The notes: generated by a model not told the origin, from the sequence alone. Shown: positions 37,401-51,341, numbered from the stretch's first letter. The stretch is DNA of 64,000 bases from Botryllus schlosseri (GCA_051294905.1 CM119372.1:16866001-16930000); one strand, 5' to 3'. Numbers and translations are program-made.

Positions 37401-40072
37401 AGGCAACGTGCTTATAATCTCACTATTACGACTAACTTCAATTACGTAGTGAGTCTCCCAGTTGTCAACACAAACCACAGCCAAAAACACACACTTTATA
37501 TCCTTCAATATATTCGTTGACCAAAGCCAATGCGCATGAATCTTTTTGTAGTAGTGGAAATACGGAAGTGATATGGTGAAAGGTCATTAAATACCACCAA
37601 ATATACTAACATACTTCGTCCTATCTAACGATGCAAATCTTACCAATTTATCCCGGCAACAACCCTACACTAATATCATTGATCTTAATTACTAATTACG
37701 ACTGCAGAAAGGTAAACAATTACTAAATAGGCCAATTAATCAACAGCAAACAATAGACCAAGTACAAGACTTAAATCTGGAACACACTGCGCGCATGGCC
37801 TGGGTATATGCTATCGTTCAACTCACATTGCCATTTTAGTTTCGAACACGCATTTGTCGGTGAAATCAAAGGCAGTGGCGTCTCCGGATTCCACAACTGG
37901 GTGTATTTCTACGAGCAAGAACTGATTGGCGAGTTCAATTATCAAGGATACCTGAGCAACCAGGAGCCGCGGATGGTGGGAATGAGGCACACTTGGTACG
38001 GCGCTACGAAGCCAATCAACGGGTTCACGATAGGAACAAGCCCCGAGATTGAGTTCGCTTTGTTCTCACTCTGCCATCTGTCCAGACCCAACTCCAGGCG
38101 AGTAAATACTCTCTGTTTATACAAAATATATAATTCGCCCACGTCTCAAATGCATCGATGATCGATCTCGGTTGTGAGTTACTGGTAAGTGCGTCAGTCC
38201 AGTATACGACGCCGAAGTCAAACACTATGGCCGATGTAGAAAATTCGATTAATTAATGACATGACATACGACTTCTTATTTCTGTCTGACACGATACTCA
38301 GAAGCACCTGGTAATATGTGATTCGTTTGTTCGCCTATGTTCGCGAGGCATACCTGTTAATACTCTACATCGGTGCTGTCAACATCTTGGGCATACCATC
38401 CGCACTTTTCGTGCAAATAAGATTCATCCGCAAAAAAATAATCAAAAACTGTTAACTTAAAAGTACAGATAGCAGATAAATAACCGTAAAGCAGTGCTGG
38501 TTCTTATATTGTTATACTGTTGTGACCCAACTATCAGTTTTAATGGCATCTCGCGACTAGGGCTGGGCACAATGATTCGAGTACTCGAATCTGAATCGAG
38601 TAGTAATTTTAATGATTCGAGTCGAGTAGTAAAAGACGATTTTTTCGAGTACTGAAATTATAAGGTCCTCACAACTGAAAGTTAATTTACTGACGAGAAT
38701 TATAGTTGTGATACTATTTTCCACGGAGGAAGCGTTGAAACCTTGATAGGTCGTGTCTCAGCATACCAGACACAGTACAAAGCTGCGAACGTTACTGGAA
38801 ATAACACATTTCCGAAGTCATGATCATCCCACAACAGTGCCATGAAATCGATATGGTCGAGAAAATACCAAATATCTTTAATGCGACAGATAACAGGCAT
38901 TACGTTCTTTGTGGTGGCATAAAAGGTACATGTTTGGACTTCAACATAGTACATTTTGTTGTGACGTCATAATGAGTGATACTCGATTACTCGACTCGAC
39001 TCGAAGCAAATTACGTGATTCAGAATCGAATCACTCAGGTACTCGATTTTGCCCAGCCCTACTCGCGACCTAAGCCCCACACATCAAAAAGAATACGCTG
39101 ACCTCGGATACGTACGAACCATCCAAAGAATATAGCGCTCGCGCGCGATGAAATTTTCCCGTTGCAAGAAATTCAACAAATATTACACACATATTAAAAG
39201 ATCGCTCTCATGCAGCCGTGACCCAAAATTTGCATTACAGTAACTTGTTGCAAATATGAGTCTGTAATGTTGGTATTTACTACTATCTTCATGCCTCGTG
39301 CCATTCGAACCGTTATCATGAAATTAAGATGATTGCTGAAAGAAAGCAAAAAGTAAAATTTACGTCGCTTTCCCCGCGTGTCGTACGTTCTAGCGTGCTA
39401 ATTCAGTGTATACATGGTGCATGCCTTAACACTCGCTTCGATTAAGACTTATGATTACGGAATAATAATAGTGCGTAACATATTAATTCACTTCGGCTGG
39501 TGCGAGATGAAGTTATTGTAAAAGCTATGATTGGTAGTGCGTCGTAAGTCAAAAGATTTCTTACAAATGAGTCACAACGACAAAAGTTATGCACGTAAAC
39601 CATCAATTAATTTTATTAAAATCATTCCACGTCTGAAAAAGTAACAAATATGTACGATGTTCATCTGCACTCATCAGCACCACGTTAATTATCCGCACTA
39701 AGAAAAAAATCCATCCGCAGAAGTGCTTATAACATCCCACAGGCTAAAAAGCAATGCGTTCTAGCTAATTAGGCTACATAAATAACGTGTAACGTGTAAC
39801 GTGTGTACAAGCCATTGATGTAGGTTTCATCTATACGGCATGAAATTTGGGCGAGCATATGGTTATGCAATTAGATCAATTATGAAATTGCAAAATCGCA
39901 TACAACGATTTCATATGACTAACTCGGTTTTTCAATTTTATATAGATGCCCAATCAGTTTGGTGGACTCTGCTGGAAATACCGTGTACAGAGAGATCCAA
40001 ACGTACACCTGGAGTGGTCAATCGGCACCCAACGGACAATCTTATATCGCATCCGCTTATTTCTTGACATAA
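28479..40072 (+). CDS. ENDOU: EndoU-family endoribonuclease with 4 somatomedin-B domains (paralog 1); first coding exon unresolved
   Basis: Exons 28479-28602 (SMB), 35639-36066 (3 SMB with GGTGG linkers), 36444-36591, 36668-36867, 36932-37028, 37840-38097 (GC donor), 39946-40072. Motifs: TSGFEHAFVGE, GFHNW, TKP, GTSPEIEFAL, IASAYF. Confidence 0.9.
31011..32344. mobile_element. hAT Charlie/Buster-type non-autonomous element containing a nested MITE (~31294-31603)
   Basis: TIR CAGGGGTGGGCAA...TTGCCCAGGTCTG, GCGGGCC motifs, perfect TSD ATATACAG at 31003-31010 and 32345-32352. Confidence 0.85.
32350..34117 (-). mobile_element. Internally deleted hAT (Blackjack-like) transposon with transposase relic
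   Basis: TIR CAGGGTTACCAT...ATGGCAACCCTG with AAATAAGGAC repeats. Minus-strand ~33110-32660 translates to a BED-finger-like stretch (AHCNI*NCDIN...AISSHIDTPKHEK), then AAAEGTWAFHTVKHQQ*FLTKDCTSQLFKAIFPDSNIANKFSTART and FILVDAS. Confidence 0.8.
33464..33879. mobile_element. MITE with AATCC-rich subterminal repeats
   Basis: TIR CAGAGATGAGC; perfect TSD GTGTGTAC at 33456-33463 and 33880-33887. Confidence 0.9.
38558..39061. mobile_element. hAT-type MITE, same family as 20451-20965
   Basis: TIR TAGGGCTGGGCA; perfect TSD CTCGCGAC at 38550-38557 and 39062-39069. Confidence 0.9.
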
Positions 40073-41822
40073 ATAATCGCAATATACCATAAAACGAATG
40101 CTTTATATGACTTGTTCTGATCGAGAGGTATATTTTGGTGATTTTCTCTCATTATAATTGAATCTGCAATTCGTCGTTTCATTTAACTTTAGAGGCACAC
40201 CTAGCTAGGAATTGCGTTTTCTCAAGTATTAATCAGTGTTGAGTTGTGCCACCAACTCTATTCGCGATCGGAATATATAGTTGGACTCGCAACGAGTCGC
40301 ACAATCAGGATTACATCACGGTGATTGGAAACGTGATTGTTTTCCTTCATGTAAAATGTCTCGGCGTCAGCTGCATGTCCATGTCCATCCGCTGGGAAGA
40401 TCGTATCGATCGCTATACAGTACAGCCTATTCATCGCAATCCCATTCGCTTAATCCAGACCTGGGCATTGTACGGCCCGCGACACGATTCTGGCTGGCCC
40501 GTAAAGAGCTCATTGGAATTTAGACGGCAATTTTTTTAATAATGTTAATGCGTGGACTACAACTATAGGCTGTATAAACTGAGCCTACGTGTGTCTTGCC
40601 ATGAGTATTGAGTAATCCTAATTCAAAATAAAGCCAATATACCAAAGTGTGCCGTAACAATCAAAGTTAAAGTAACAAGTCATTGTTTCTATCAGATCTT
40701 GTTTCTGGAAATTGTTACATGACGAATTACAAGATCTGTACTTTAAACTGTTACGTTTCCCAATCTAATTCGCAAAATAATGCCATCAGTGCACGTGATT
40801 AGTGGTCATCCTTATTCTTAAACGACGATATGTCAAGCAATGAAAGTGCGGTATCTTTTGATTGTGATCATAGCGAGCAAGTAGCAATAGCGGCGTTTAG
40901 ACTATAATTCGAGTCAGCATTATATTGACGGCATCATGTGAAAAATCACGCAGTGAAATACATATACAGCTGGCTTATGTCGAAGACCTGCTAGCGAAGC
41001 CCACCCATGGCATAAGCGGTGTCTTACGAAATCCAATAACGAGAATGGTTCGAGAGCTCTGGAATCATAAAAAATCAACCGCTTGGTGTAAAATGGCCAT
41101 AGATGCCGAAACACCATGAGATTTACACAACAACTATGAACTACAGAATATAGGTAAAGCAGACGTGGTTAGAACCAAACATGAGTTCCCCGTTATTTGG
41201 AATCCTCGTCGATTACGATTTCAGTATTGTCAAGCAATCGATTACATTCGACTGATCTGATGTATAATCGTGACTCTGGAGTAAATTTTGTTGTTGTAAA
41301 AGAACGACGTGGATAAAAAGCTTAGGGGCGAGCAATCGTCATCTGTGCAGTTTGGCAATGTTTTTAGTGAACAATCGAACGCTGTCCTATTTTAAAATAG
41401 AATTGTTCTCTCTGAGGCATTCATGTCGCAATCGTGATTATATTGTCAGTCAATAAATGTTCAAGGAAGCAAAATAAGTCTAAATGTGCTGGTTACTTTT
41501 TCATGTAATCGCAATCGACGGAGCTATATTCGATATAATGCTGCGATCACCATGGGTCCCTTCCATGTTTCCAGAGTCACTAGATGCTTAGCTTTCCAAT
41601 TATATTTTGTAATCGATAACATATTTGTTGGCAAGCGACGCGCGACTGCGCAAGACCAACCGCTGTGCGTCACTGCAATTGGATTGGAATGATGTCCTGC
41701 ACGATGCATTTGTTTCAACCGAGTGTTGTGCAATATTGCGTGTAATTACGAGCAAAAGTATAATGGATTTATGGTGAGCCAAAAGAGAGCCAGCTTCTTC
41801 AGCGCTAAAAACTTTCGCAACT

Positions 41823-44800
41823 ATGGAGAAGACTAGCTGCTGGTTGCTTATTGTGGTGTTCGGGATACATCATGTCAGTAAGTGCAACTTTACGAGCTAA
41901 AGTATGCTGCAATTGCTAGCGGTAGCCTTGTCAGGCTTGGAAAATATACTAAGTCGCGTGCCTAGAGGACATTCATTTCGTGTAACTACAAATAAAATTT
42001 GAGTGGTAAATTATGCGAATACACGTTCGTCTTTGCTCATGGTACGGAATATAGTAGACATATTAGTAGTCTCGTCGAATATTCATCAACACTTACATCC
42101 GCCCGGCTCCATTCTGAAAAGTGCACAGCACAGTGCACATTCTATAGCAGAGTTTCTCAACCGAGGGCCCGCGAAACATTTTAAAGACGCCCGCAATCCT
42201 CAAAATTTGGAATATCATTGTTAACCTAATTTTTGATTTTCTAAGTCAGCTTTCATTACTGCTGACCGCACTTCAGGCTCACATCAGCAGAATGACGTTT
42301 GAGAATAAATATCATTCTGTGCGAACTCATATTAATTGCCTGTACAAGGGTTGTAACCGAGTCACAAGGTTCCGATTCACAAGTCAATTTGATATTTATG
42401 GTCATTTTCAATTCACCAGCGAGTCAAGTCCGAGTCCAAGGCAGGGAGCGGCGGGTCGAGTCCAAGTCATAGTGTTTACTGTTCAGTACCGAGTTCAAGT
42501 CAGGCTCAACTCACCTCTGTAAAACTCTTGGGGGATATATGAAAGGCCTCGGATTCATAATAATATACTACGTTTTTCTCACTCTCGAACGCGTATTTCA
42601 AGACTTTATTCTAACATGTGCTTCGAATAAGGCTGGAAAACGGATGTTCTCAATCATGCGTGAATCTAGATCTATATTTGGGGATGTCATGATATACCTA
42701 CACGACCTATGTACGTACGTAGCTGTCGCGAGGCTATCGCCATGACAAGATGGCTAATACTGTAGTTATCCCAACACCCCAAGTTATTACCAACAGACCT
42801 ACCATGCCTGTTAGCTTAATTGAGGCGGACGAAATTATAGGTAATAAAAGCCTACTATACAGTTTTCGGACTTGCATAAATATAGCGAGTATTTATGAGC
42901 CCGCGTAAATTCGGGCAGACTATGATTTGCTTGACAGGCTTACCACTGTTAGCCTATACATCTCTATGAGTCTGTGCTACTTCACATAAATTGTGTCTCA
43001 ACCCTGAAATATGTGTGTACTTGTCAGACTCGGAAAGTTGTCTCGGAAGGTGCTTCATGCCATTCTCAAAAAGCTATAGTTGTCATTGCAACTATGCTTG
43101 CGTTAGAAAAAATGATTGCTGTTCGGATTACAATACTCAGTGCAATGGAAAGTGAGTAAATAACTACATACGTTATACTATTGTAGTTGATCCAGAAGCG
43201 TAGCTAGAAGGTGTTAAAATCTATGGTTTTAAATGTGCGGGTATGGGAAACTGCGAAGCACGTGTAGATGCTCCCTCCTCCAAGATATTGGACATAACAC
43301 GTCCTTTCGATTCCTCAAATTTCTTTGCTTTACAACCTCTACTGTTATGTAGTGACTCCTATTGTGATACTGAGACGCCCATATATATGTATATCAAAGA
43401 AATATTCAGAATCATAGCGAGTAGACCAGTGGTTCCCAACCTTTTATCACCCACGTACCATTTCGAGGTTTTATGCAGTGCTCGCGTACCACCTACATAA
43501 GTTACGCGCGCCGAAGGCGGTCAAAAATGTTCCCGTCATTTATGACGTCATAATCACATATTTGACCTATGCGAGGCGTAATAGCATATGCTATTAAACT
43601 AGGCATTATCAGCCAGGGTTGATGGGATGCATGGAATTGATTTTTCACCACCAGTCACACGAAGAATAACATAATGAAATAACAGCAAACAACAAACGTT
43701 AATTTATTTTAATGCGATGGCTGCATTTGTTTATTTTCCCCCAGCTCAGCGGTTCTCAAACTGATTTAGACACGCCCCCTTTTATGATAGTGAAAAATTT
43801 CGCGCCCCCTTATCGTCATATCACAAAATGCAACCAAAATACTAGCAATGCCCGCGAATAATATGATGGCAGGGGACGTTATGACCAATGTTCCCTCTAA
43901 GCTGCGCACGTGCGCCAATGCGCAGTACTTTCACGGTCTCTGCGCACAGAAAATCCAAGTTGCGCACAAAAAATCAGAAGTGATGACCGTTTTTTAGTCG
44001 TTACGCACTGTTTTTCAAGGGCCTGCGCAGTGAGTTGGTGAGTGCGCGCAGACCCATCAAAAATTAGAGGGAACATCGGTTATGACAGTTGATAAGAGAA
44101 TTCTCAAATATGCAATTAGGACTAGCAAAAAACAATGAAATGGAGGTAAATCGCGCGGAGCGAGAAAATTTTTTTCAGTTGGCTGCAGCTTCGCGCCTTC
44201 CACTCTTAGAACCACTGCACTAGCTGATCGATGCGTGGCATATGTTTTCTCACAGCGCATCGAAAGTCAGGCATGGGCGCAACAAGTCGGTTTCGATTCT
44301 TCGACTTGATAGTCATCAGAGATGAAAATCGTTGGTCACACTCCTACGTAGAACGGAAAATTAGCAGCTGAGAGATAACGTGAGAAGCTACAGTCGAGCA
44401 CGCGGAGGCCATGCTAAGCCTGAAGTTTATTGGAGAACATTCTTTGTGTCCCACCCCACCTGAACTAATAACTCCATTCGGTCAAAAAAAAACAGAATCC
44501 ACTCGCGTACCACTTGGAAGACCTTCGCGTACCACTAGTGGTACGCGTACCACAGGTTGGGAACCACTGGAGTAGACCTAATACTAATGGCTCTCAGTTA
44601 GGATATATCAGTTGCATGAGGGAACCGTGTTTTACCACATTTACTTGATTTAGCGTCTCCGGAAGCTGTAGCGGAAGATGTGCCCAAACGCGAGTGGATC
44701 GGACAAGACCCTGTCAATGTAATAGCCACTGTTCCAGTTATGGCAATTGCTGTCCCGACTTCGAGATAGAATGCGAAAGAAGGACAAGAAGAGATTCTAA

Positions 44801-47800
44801 TAATTGCCGTGAGTATATAGTCGAACCATTTGTGAAAATGATAATTCGCACTCACGTTCATGTGTTCTATAGGTGCAAGATATGTTACTGACAACGATCT
44901 CGAGAATATTTCATATGAGTTGTGGCGTCTTGACACCAATTCGTTCACAGAGTCCGCTCTTCGGTACAACGTACAGAATCGGGCGTCTCGATCAACGTGG
45001 AATGACGTCACTCCAAATCGGTTGAGTATTTAAATCGCGTACACAGCAGTGGCAACTGGGGTTGAACAAAATCGAGTACCCGGGTCATGCGATGTCGCAT
45101 CGAGTATTAATATTCGAATCGTACCGATTATTCGAGTACTTCTCCTTATTACGTCATGAGTTGATGTGTGTAGGTATATTATCATAACAAGTGTCAATCG
45201 AAATTGTAAAATTCTAATTTTATGAATACTAACCTTATAGGTAAATTAAATACGTATGTAATTGATATATTCACTACCTATGATTTTTAACAATGCGACA
45301 GGGCAATCATTACTTCATCATTCAATCATTGGGGATGTCGTTTCCATGAACGCATCGTGCTACATGCTTTGAGCGATAGATATTATATGATGTAATAAGG
45401 TCAATCGAGGCCCATATGGCCATAAGAAATATCGAAACGATTATTGTCGTCCATTAAATATATCAGATTGTCATAGTGCAGTGTTTCCCAATCACTTGTG
45501 GCGAATTCAGGGGTTTCTGGCGGGAACAGACGCAGTTGCAAAATAAATACATACATTATGAACTTATATAGGGAGGCATACTGCCAACACGATTACGCGG
45601 TTACCAGTTCACTGTCCAAGACTGTAACAGTCGCTAACTTTATCACGTTTTGTTCATAAAAACCAATTTTTTGATTATGGATAACCAATATAGTGGTCAG
45701 AAACACGAGCAGCATGACGTACAATAAAGCTTTTGCATAATTTGGCGATTTTTGTACACAAGAAGTTTCATGTTGCAGTAAAATGCAATTGTATATGTCT
45801 ACTGTCAGACGTCATATCGATACCGGATGTACTCAAATAAGCCAATAGTTTGTCCGTGATATCCGGCAAATCACTCTGGTGAGTTTACAGTTTGATAAAA
45901 CGTATAATGACAAAAGGTAGAAGAGAATGTGACTCGACTCCGGATTCACGTTTGTTCAGAAAAAATGACGAGCATCTGCCACAATCATTCTCTACAGTAC
46001 AGGGTCGTCACTATGAATCCTGGGTCGTCTTAACTTTCACCAATAGAAAGTCTTTATGAAACAAGGTATTACCAAATTTTATTGGGGAAGCGTGTTTAAG
46101 GGTTAAATAGAGGGATTTTAGGTTGTGGGGAATGAAGACCCCCCAAAAAATAATTCAAAAGAGGTGAATGAATGAAAATAAGGTTGGGAACCACTGCTAT
46201 AGTGACAATAGGTGAATAAATTCGGTTATCCAAAACATCGACTTTCACTACTCGATCTGAATCAACAAATTGATACTCGATCCCGATTTGAGTACTCGAA
46301 TAGTTATACCTAGCAATACATTTGCAAGATTAGAAACCCCTTCGTGATTTTACAAAACCACATATTGAACAGCAATCCGCAGTTAGCATGCGAAAGGTCG
46401 AGGACTACTTTTATTCTTCGACCTCATGTTATTTACTATCGCAGTAATCTGTGACAGGTTAGTTGCTATAGCTAGCTATCGTCTGCCTGTCTATTGCCGG
46501 CACAAGCTAGCCAGAAACCACATGTCAAACAAATCGCACTATGACATCAAACCGACTTATAATACAGGGGTGCATGAGGTCACTTTTTGTGATTAGGCAA
46601 TATTGTCGTGGCAAGTTATCTTCACAAGCCACTTATTGGCTAGTTCGCATCACAGCGGACTTGACATGTACCAAATATCCATGGAAGAAACCGACGAAAG
46701 CGTGACGAAATGTATTTCTCAAGAAACTTTGCGAATATTGCATACAATGAACCACGGGCGTCCAACCTGTGGGGCACACCATGTGACTTTCTGGGATGTT
46801 CTGAGAGACCCAAAAGGTTTTTAGAAAAGAATTATATTATCAACTTAATCGCCCTAATTTATGACGAATTTACAATTTTAAGAATTGACATATATTGTTT
46901 GTTTTCCAGAGAGATACGCAACAAAATAATACAATGAGGCATTACGCCAGTTGGCATTTATAGAATGTTGGTGTGAGTGCTTGAATTAAAAATAATTGTA
47001 AAACAACGAGTTCTAAGTTTACAAATTAGCACTTACTAACTGCATGTGGCCTTTGGTCCTGAATTCTCCGATCGTTTCGTGCGACCGCGCCTTAACCTTA
47101 TGGCCATGCTTACAAAAACACTGGCCTGCAGACCATATTTCACCGAGGCTAATGCCATGTATGATGTCACAGATTTTTTACGAGTGTCAACGAAAGTTTT
47201 TTCGCCGCTGAGACGTATCAGAAACTGATAGCTTTACAAGACAACTACATCTACGCTCAAGGACGCACCGAGAGAGTCACACGCGACGAACTAGAAGAAA
47301 ACGACGCGTTTCTAACCGCTGTAATAGCGACATCGGTTGGGAAACGTCTTTTCGAGTTTCTGGATGGAAAAAGTAACAAGTGGGGTTCTATTCGCGAGCT
47401 GTTTACAGGAAATAAATATTGGATTCAGATTTGGCGGGTTGCTCTGGGCTACATGGTTTTAAGGCACTGCTAAAAAACATATGGTTTGAAATGTACAATA
47501 GAAAAGCACGGCATGATACGAGCGGGTAAGTTCTTACTTGCTACGGCGATATAGGTGAATAAGATAGCACTTGCTCTTGCTCCCTGAAACAATAGGATAT
47601 CCGGCATCCGGGAAAAATAACTAGGGATTCAAATCAGCTACGCATTTAAAATAGCGAGTATCAGGACGTTGTACAATTATGCGCTCGTTGTACCCACTCA
47701 CTCTACGTAGATATAGGTTGTGTATTTGTGCGTATATACATTATACTCATCACGTTGTTTCCATCAACATTTGTAGCTTCGAACACTCATTCGTTGGAGA

Positions 47801-48394
47801 AACGAAACGTAACGAAGTTTCGGGTTTCCATAACTGGGTGGCATTTTACAAGCAAGAAGGTTTAGGCAACGTTAACTATCTCGGATACGTCTACAAGAAG
47901 AATCCTCGCTTTGTGGCAATAAAACACACGTGGTTTGGAGCTAAGAAACCGATGGGGGGATTTACCATCGGAACAAGTCCGGAAATCGAGTTCGCTTTGT
48001 ACACGCTTTGTTTCCTCTCGAGACCAAATTCGTTGTGAGTATGTACGCCTCCTTCCGTCAAACAGTATCGACGAAGGTTTTGGGCTGATTAGTATACTTA
48101 CAGCATGCTAGTGTGACTATGTTTGATTCGGTACAGCGTATTCTATGTGTCTTTCCTCCTCCTTCTCTCTCTCTCTCTCTCTCTCTCTTGCCATCATAGA
48201 GGAATTCATGGTAAATTTCATTCATTCTCGCAGTCCACAGCCGCAGAAATCACATTACGTCGTCGATTTATTTCAGTTGTCCAATCAAGGTGACCAATCA
48301 ACGGGGAAATTCCGTGATGAGAGGTATTCAGACGTATATGTGGAGGGCACGGTACGGACAATCCTACGTTGCATCTGCATACTTTGTCGGCTAA
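41823..48394 (+). CDS. ENDOU: Secreted EndoU-family endoribonuclease with 2 somatomedin-B domains (paralog 2)
   Basis: Exons 41823-41877 (signal peptide MEKTSCWLLIVVFGIHHV), 43028-43151, 44654-44808, 44873-45020, 47173-47372, 47429-47525, 47777-48034, 48277-48394, all GT-AG and in frame. Motifs: SGFEHSFVGE, GFHNW, KKP, GTSPEIEFAL, VASAYF. Confidence 0.93.
43427..44569. mobile_element. hAT Charlie-like MITE with two further MITEs nested inside (43747-44217 and 43886-44078)
   Basis: Outer TIR CAGTGGTTCCCAACC with perfect TSD GAGTAGAC. Innermost TIR CAATGTTCCCTCTAA with perfect TSD GTTATGAC. Confidence 0.9.
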
Positions 48395-49429
48395 CCCTGA
48401 CCTCGAACTCCCAACCACTATCAGATCATGACTGGGAATCATTTGGCCTATATATCTCTTGTATAGTTGTCTAGTATTTATATATCCTGTAAACTGAATC
48501 TTAATTGGCGCAGATGCCTATAAATTTTGCCTTTACGACCCCATGCATGCTAAATTTGAAGGCTTAACTTTTATGTCTAATTTGTGTGTGATATGTGTGT
48601 GAACCTTACACCTATCCACGAAGAAACGTAAGCCTACACACCCTTAGAAGACAATGAATTATGCGATATTGTTGGGGTCGTGTGAACCCTCGAAAGGTTC
48701 CGGTTCGTGACAGCATGAGCTTACAACTTATATATAATGAAGGTTTTAGTGAGCACAAACCTACGACGTGCGTCGCGTCGCTCATTCCTCAAATGAAATT
48801 TCTACAGGTTAGTGGCTCCCAATCGTGTGTCCCGTTGTTACTTGTTACCTTGCATATTATTTTACCTCTCGTGACCCATATCTGAAATTAAATGTGGCAA
48901 TTCAGCATATGCATGTTGTTGCGTTTTTGTGTCTTCCTTTGGCCCTGAGATCAGCTGGAACTCACTAAACAAGGCTAAAAACTATTGATGCGTTTTAACT
49001 AGCTTCATTTACGTCAAAGGGAATAGTATGCATATGCAACCAAAGTCAAACAATGTAGTTATATTTCTGGAATTGCGGCAACCATCCGCGCGTCATATCT
49101 ATATCTATTTTGTCTTCATAATGTATGCCACGGTAGCAGATGGATATTCTCACATCTAGAATACATATTTGCGAGTGCATCAGGTTGTACTAGTTAATAC
49201 CAGTTGGTACGAGTTGGTACCTTCTTGCATGGTCATTGGTCATTGGTCATGCGCCGCGCTGCCGTTTTGTGCACGAGTACATCATTGTCTGTCTACGTAT
49301 CCATCATACGGTGTATAGTAAAATTACACTAATATCTCCTGTGGTGCATATGGCCGTCACCCAATCCATCTGGTAAACTGCTTCGCTATGTACTTAGCGT
49401 CGTTTGTAAATCTTGTAGGCTCGTAATAT

Positions 49430-49849
49430 TAGGGTTACCATATTTCGGGGATCTGAAAAGAGGACACTTTTTACAAATTTCCAAACCTACAATACCGGAG
49501 TAAAATCCGGAAAAATCGTAAATTTATTGCGAGTTTGGGGTTGGTTGACTAAAAAAGGGCATTTTCCGACTCGATCCCTGAAATTACACACTTTCATCAA
49601 GTGTTAAGTTGATTGACTGAAAAATAAAGGTCAGCTTTCCGGCTCAACTCCCGAAAGACCCGTCGGACCGTTACTTGAGTACTGATTTCCTATATCTCAG
49701 TTGAATGTTTACATACATTTAACCTAAATTCCCGAAAAAGAGGACATATTCTAAAAAAGTGGACATTTGGGCGTCCTCCGAGGACACTTTCAAAAAATGT
49801 CAAAAAAGAGGACAAATCCTCTTAAGAAAGGACTATGGTGGTAACCCTA
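49430..49849. mobile_element. Blackjack-like MITE
   Basis: TAGGGTTACCA...TGGTAACCCTA; homologous to 1609-1985. Confidence 0.8.
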
Positions 49850-50902
49850 CTAATATGCCGCTCCCTTTGACTTTATATTAACATACTTAACATAGTTAAC
49901 ATAATTATTGTACATGTGGACATACAAATCGCCGGCGCAAAACGGGGAGCACACCTAATTTGGGGTTGGCATTGACCTGCCAATCAATGGTGTAAAATGA
50001 TTAGGAGAATTGCAGCCTACGATTCTGCAACACCTACCCCTGAAATAATTGTAATATATCGAAACACAAATCAGCTTTGTTTTATGTTTGTTCCCAATTC
50101 TTAGCCAAGGGCGCAGATGCGGATATTTACTTGCCCAGGCCCACGGAGCCGCTAAGGTTAACATTACATTGGACATCCGGGTATTGACAGAATGGTTATT
50201 TACGAGACTGTAAAACAGAAAACGACTGCATCTATTTCAACCGAAAGATAGCTGAGCGAGAAAGGAAATCAAGTAACAGGATTAGTCGAGACGTTTCTGT
50301 TTCATATTCAAATGAGTCTTATCTCATTAATTTTTCCATGTTCTATCGTGTCCAACGATGCGTCATATTTATAAAAAAAAATAAACACATGATTCACGGC
50401 GGCTCGTTTGTCAAACTAGATAGCCTTTGCAAAATTGTAGTTGTGACTGCAATTTGTTCATTAAATTGCATCTATCGATGTATGGTGGGCCACAATACAT
50501 CCCCCGTTCTCTTTATTGATGCTCAATTTCTGATGCTTGGAAATTAGAAATCATAATCGTGATTTCAACCAACGTAATTGTGCAGTTATTCCCTGAACAC
50601 TAGTGATCTCACAAACCTATGATATCGTATGATTTCTTGAAATAAATAATAAGTAGGTATAGCGCAATTAATTTGTCATCCATAGGCTTTCGGGGCATCA
50701 AATGTACAATCTAATATTACCTATATATTCATGGTCTCATCACCGAAATAATAGCTAGGCCTACATAGAAAAGATTTCATCTTTTCAAGTGATCAAAGCT
50801 TCAGGACAAAATCAGCACGTCTGATGACAGACACTTTATGTTGAAGACCATAATAGTTTTACAATATATGCCAAGGGTGACGTTTCATCTGTGAGAATAT
50901 TG

Positions 50903-51341
50903 TAGGCTTACCATATTCTGGAAATCTAAAAAGAGGACACTTTTTCAGAAAGTTCAGACATGCAAAATCGGAGAAGAATTCTCAAAAACTGGTAAATTTT
51001 TCCCACTTCGTGATCGGTTGACTAAAAAAAAAAGGTCATCACTTCCGCTCAGAGCTCAAAATACCGTTTTTTTCTCCACATTGCCAGGTGGATGACTAAA
51101 AAAAAGGTCATCTTTCGCTCAGAGCTAAAATCACCGTTTTTCACTCCGAAATACCCGCCGGTGCTTAACTTCTGTGCTAATTTGCGGCATATCACTCGCA
51201 ATTTCCTCTAAATCTGACCTAAATTTTCAAAAAAGAGGACAAAATCTCAAAAAAGAGGACAAAAGGGCGTCCTCGAGGACACTTTCAAAAAAGTCAAAAA
51301 AGAGGACAAATCCTCTTAAAAGAGGACGTATGGTAAGCCTA
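50903..51341. mobile_element. Blackjack-like MITE
   Basis: TIR TAGGCTTACCATA; perfect TSD GAATATTG at 50895-50902 and 51342-51349. Confidence 0.88.
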
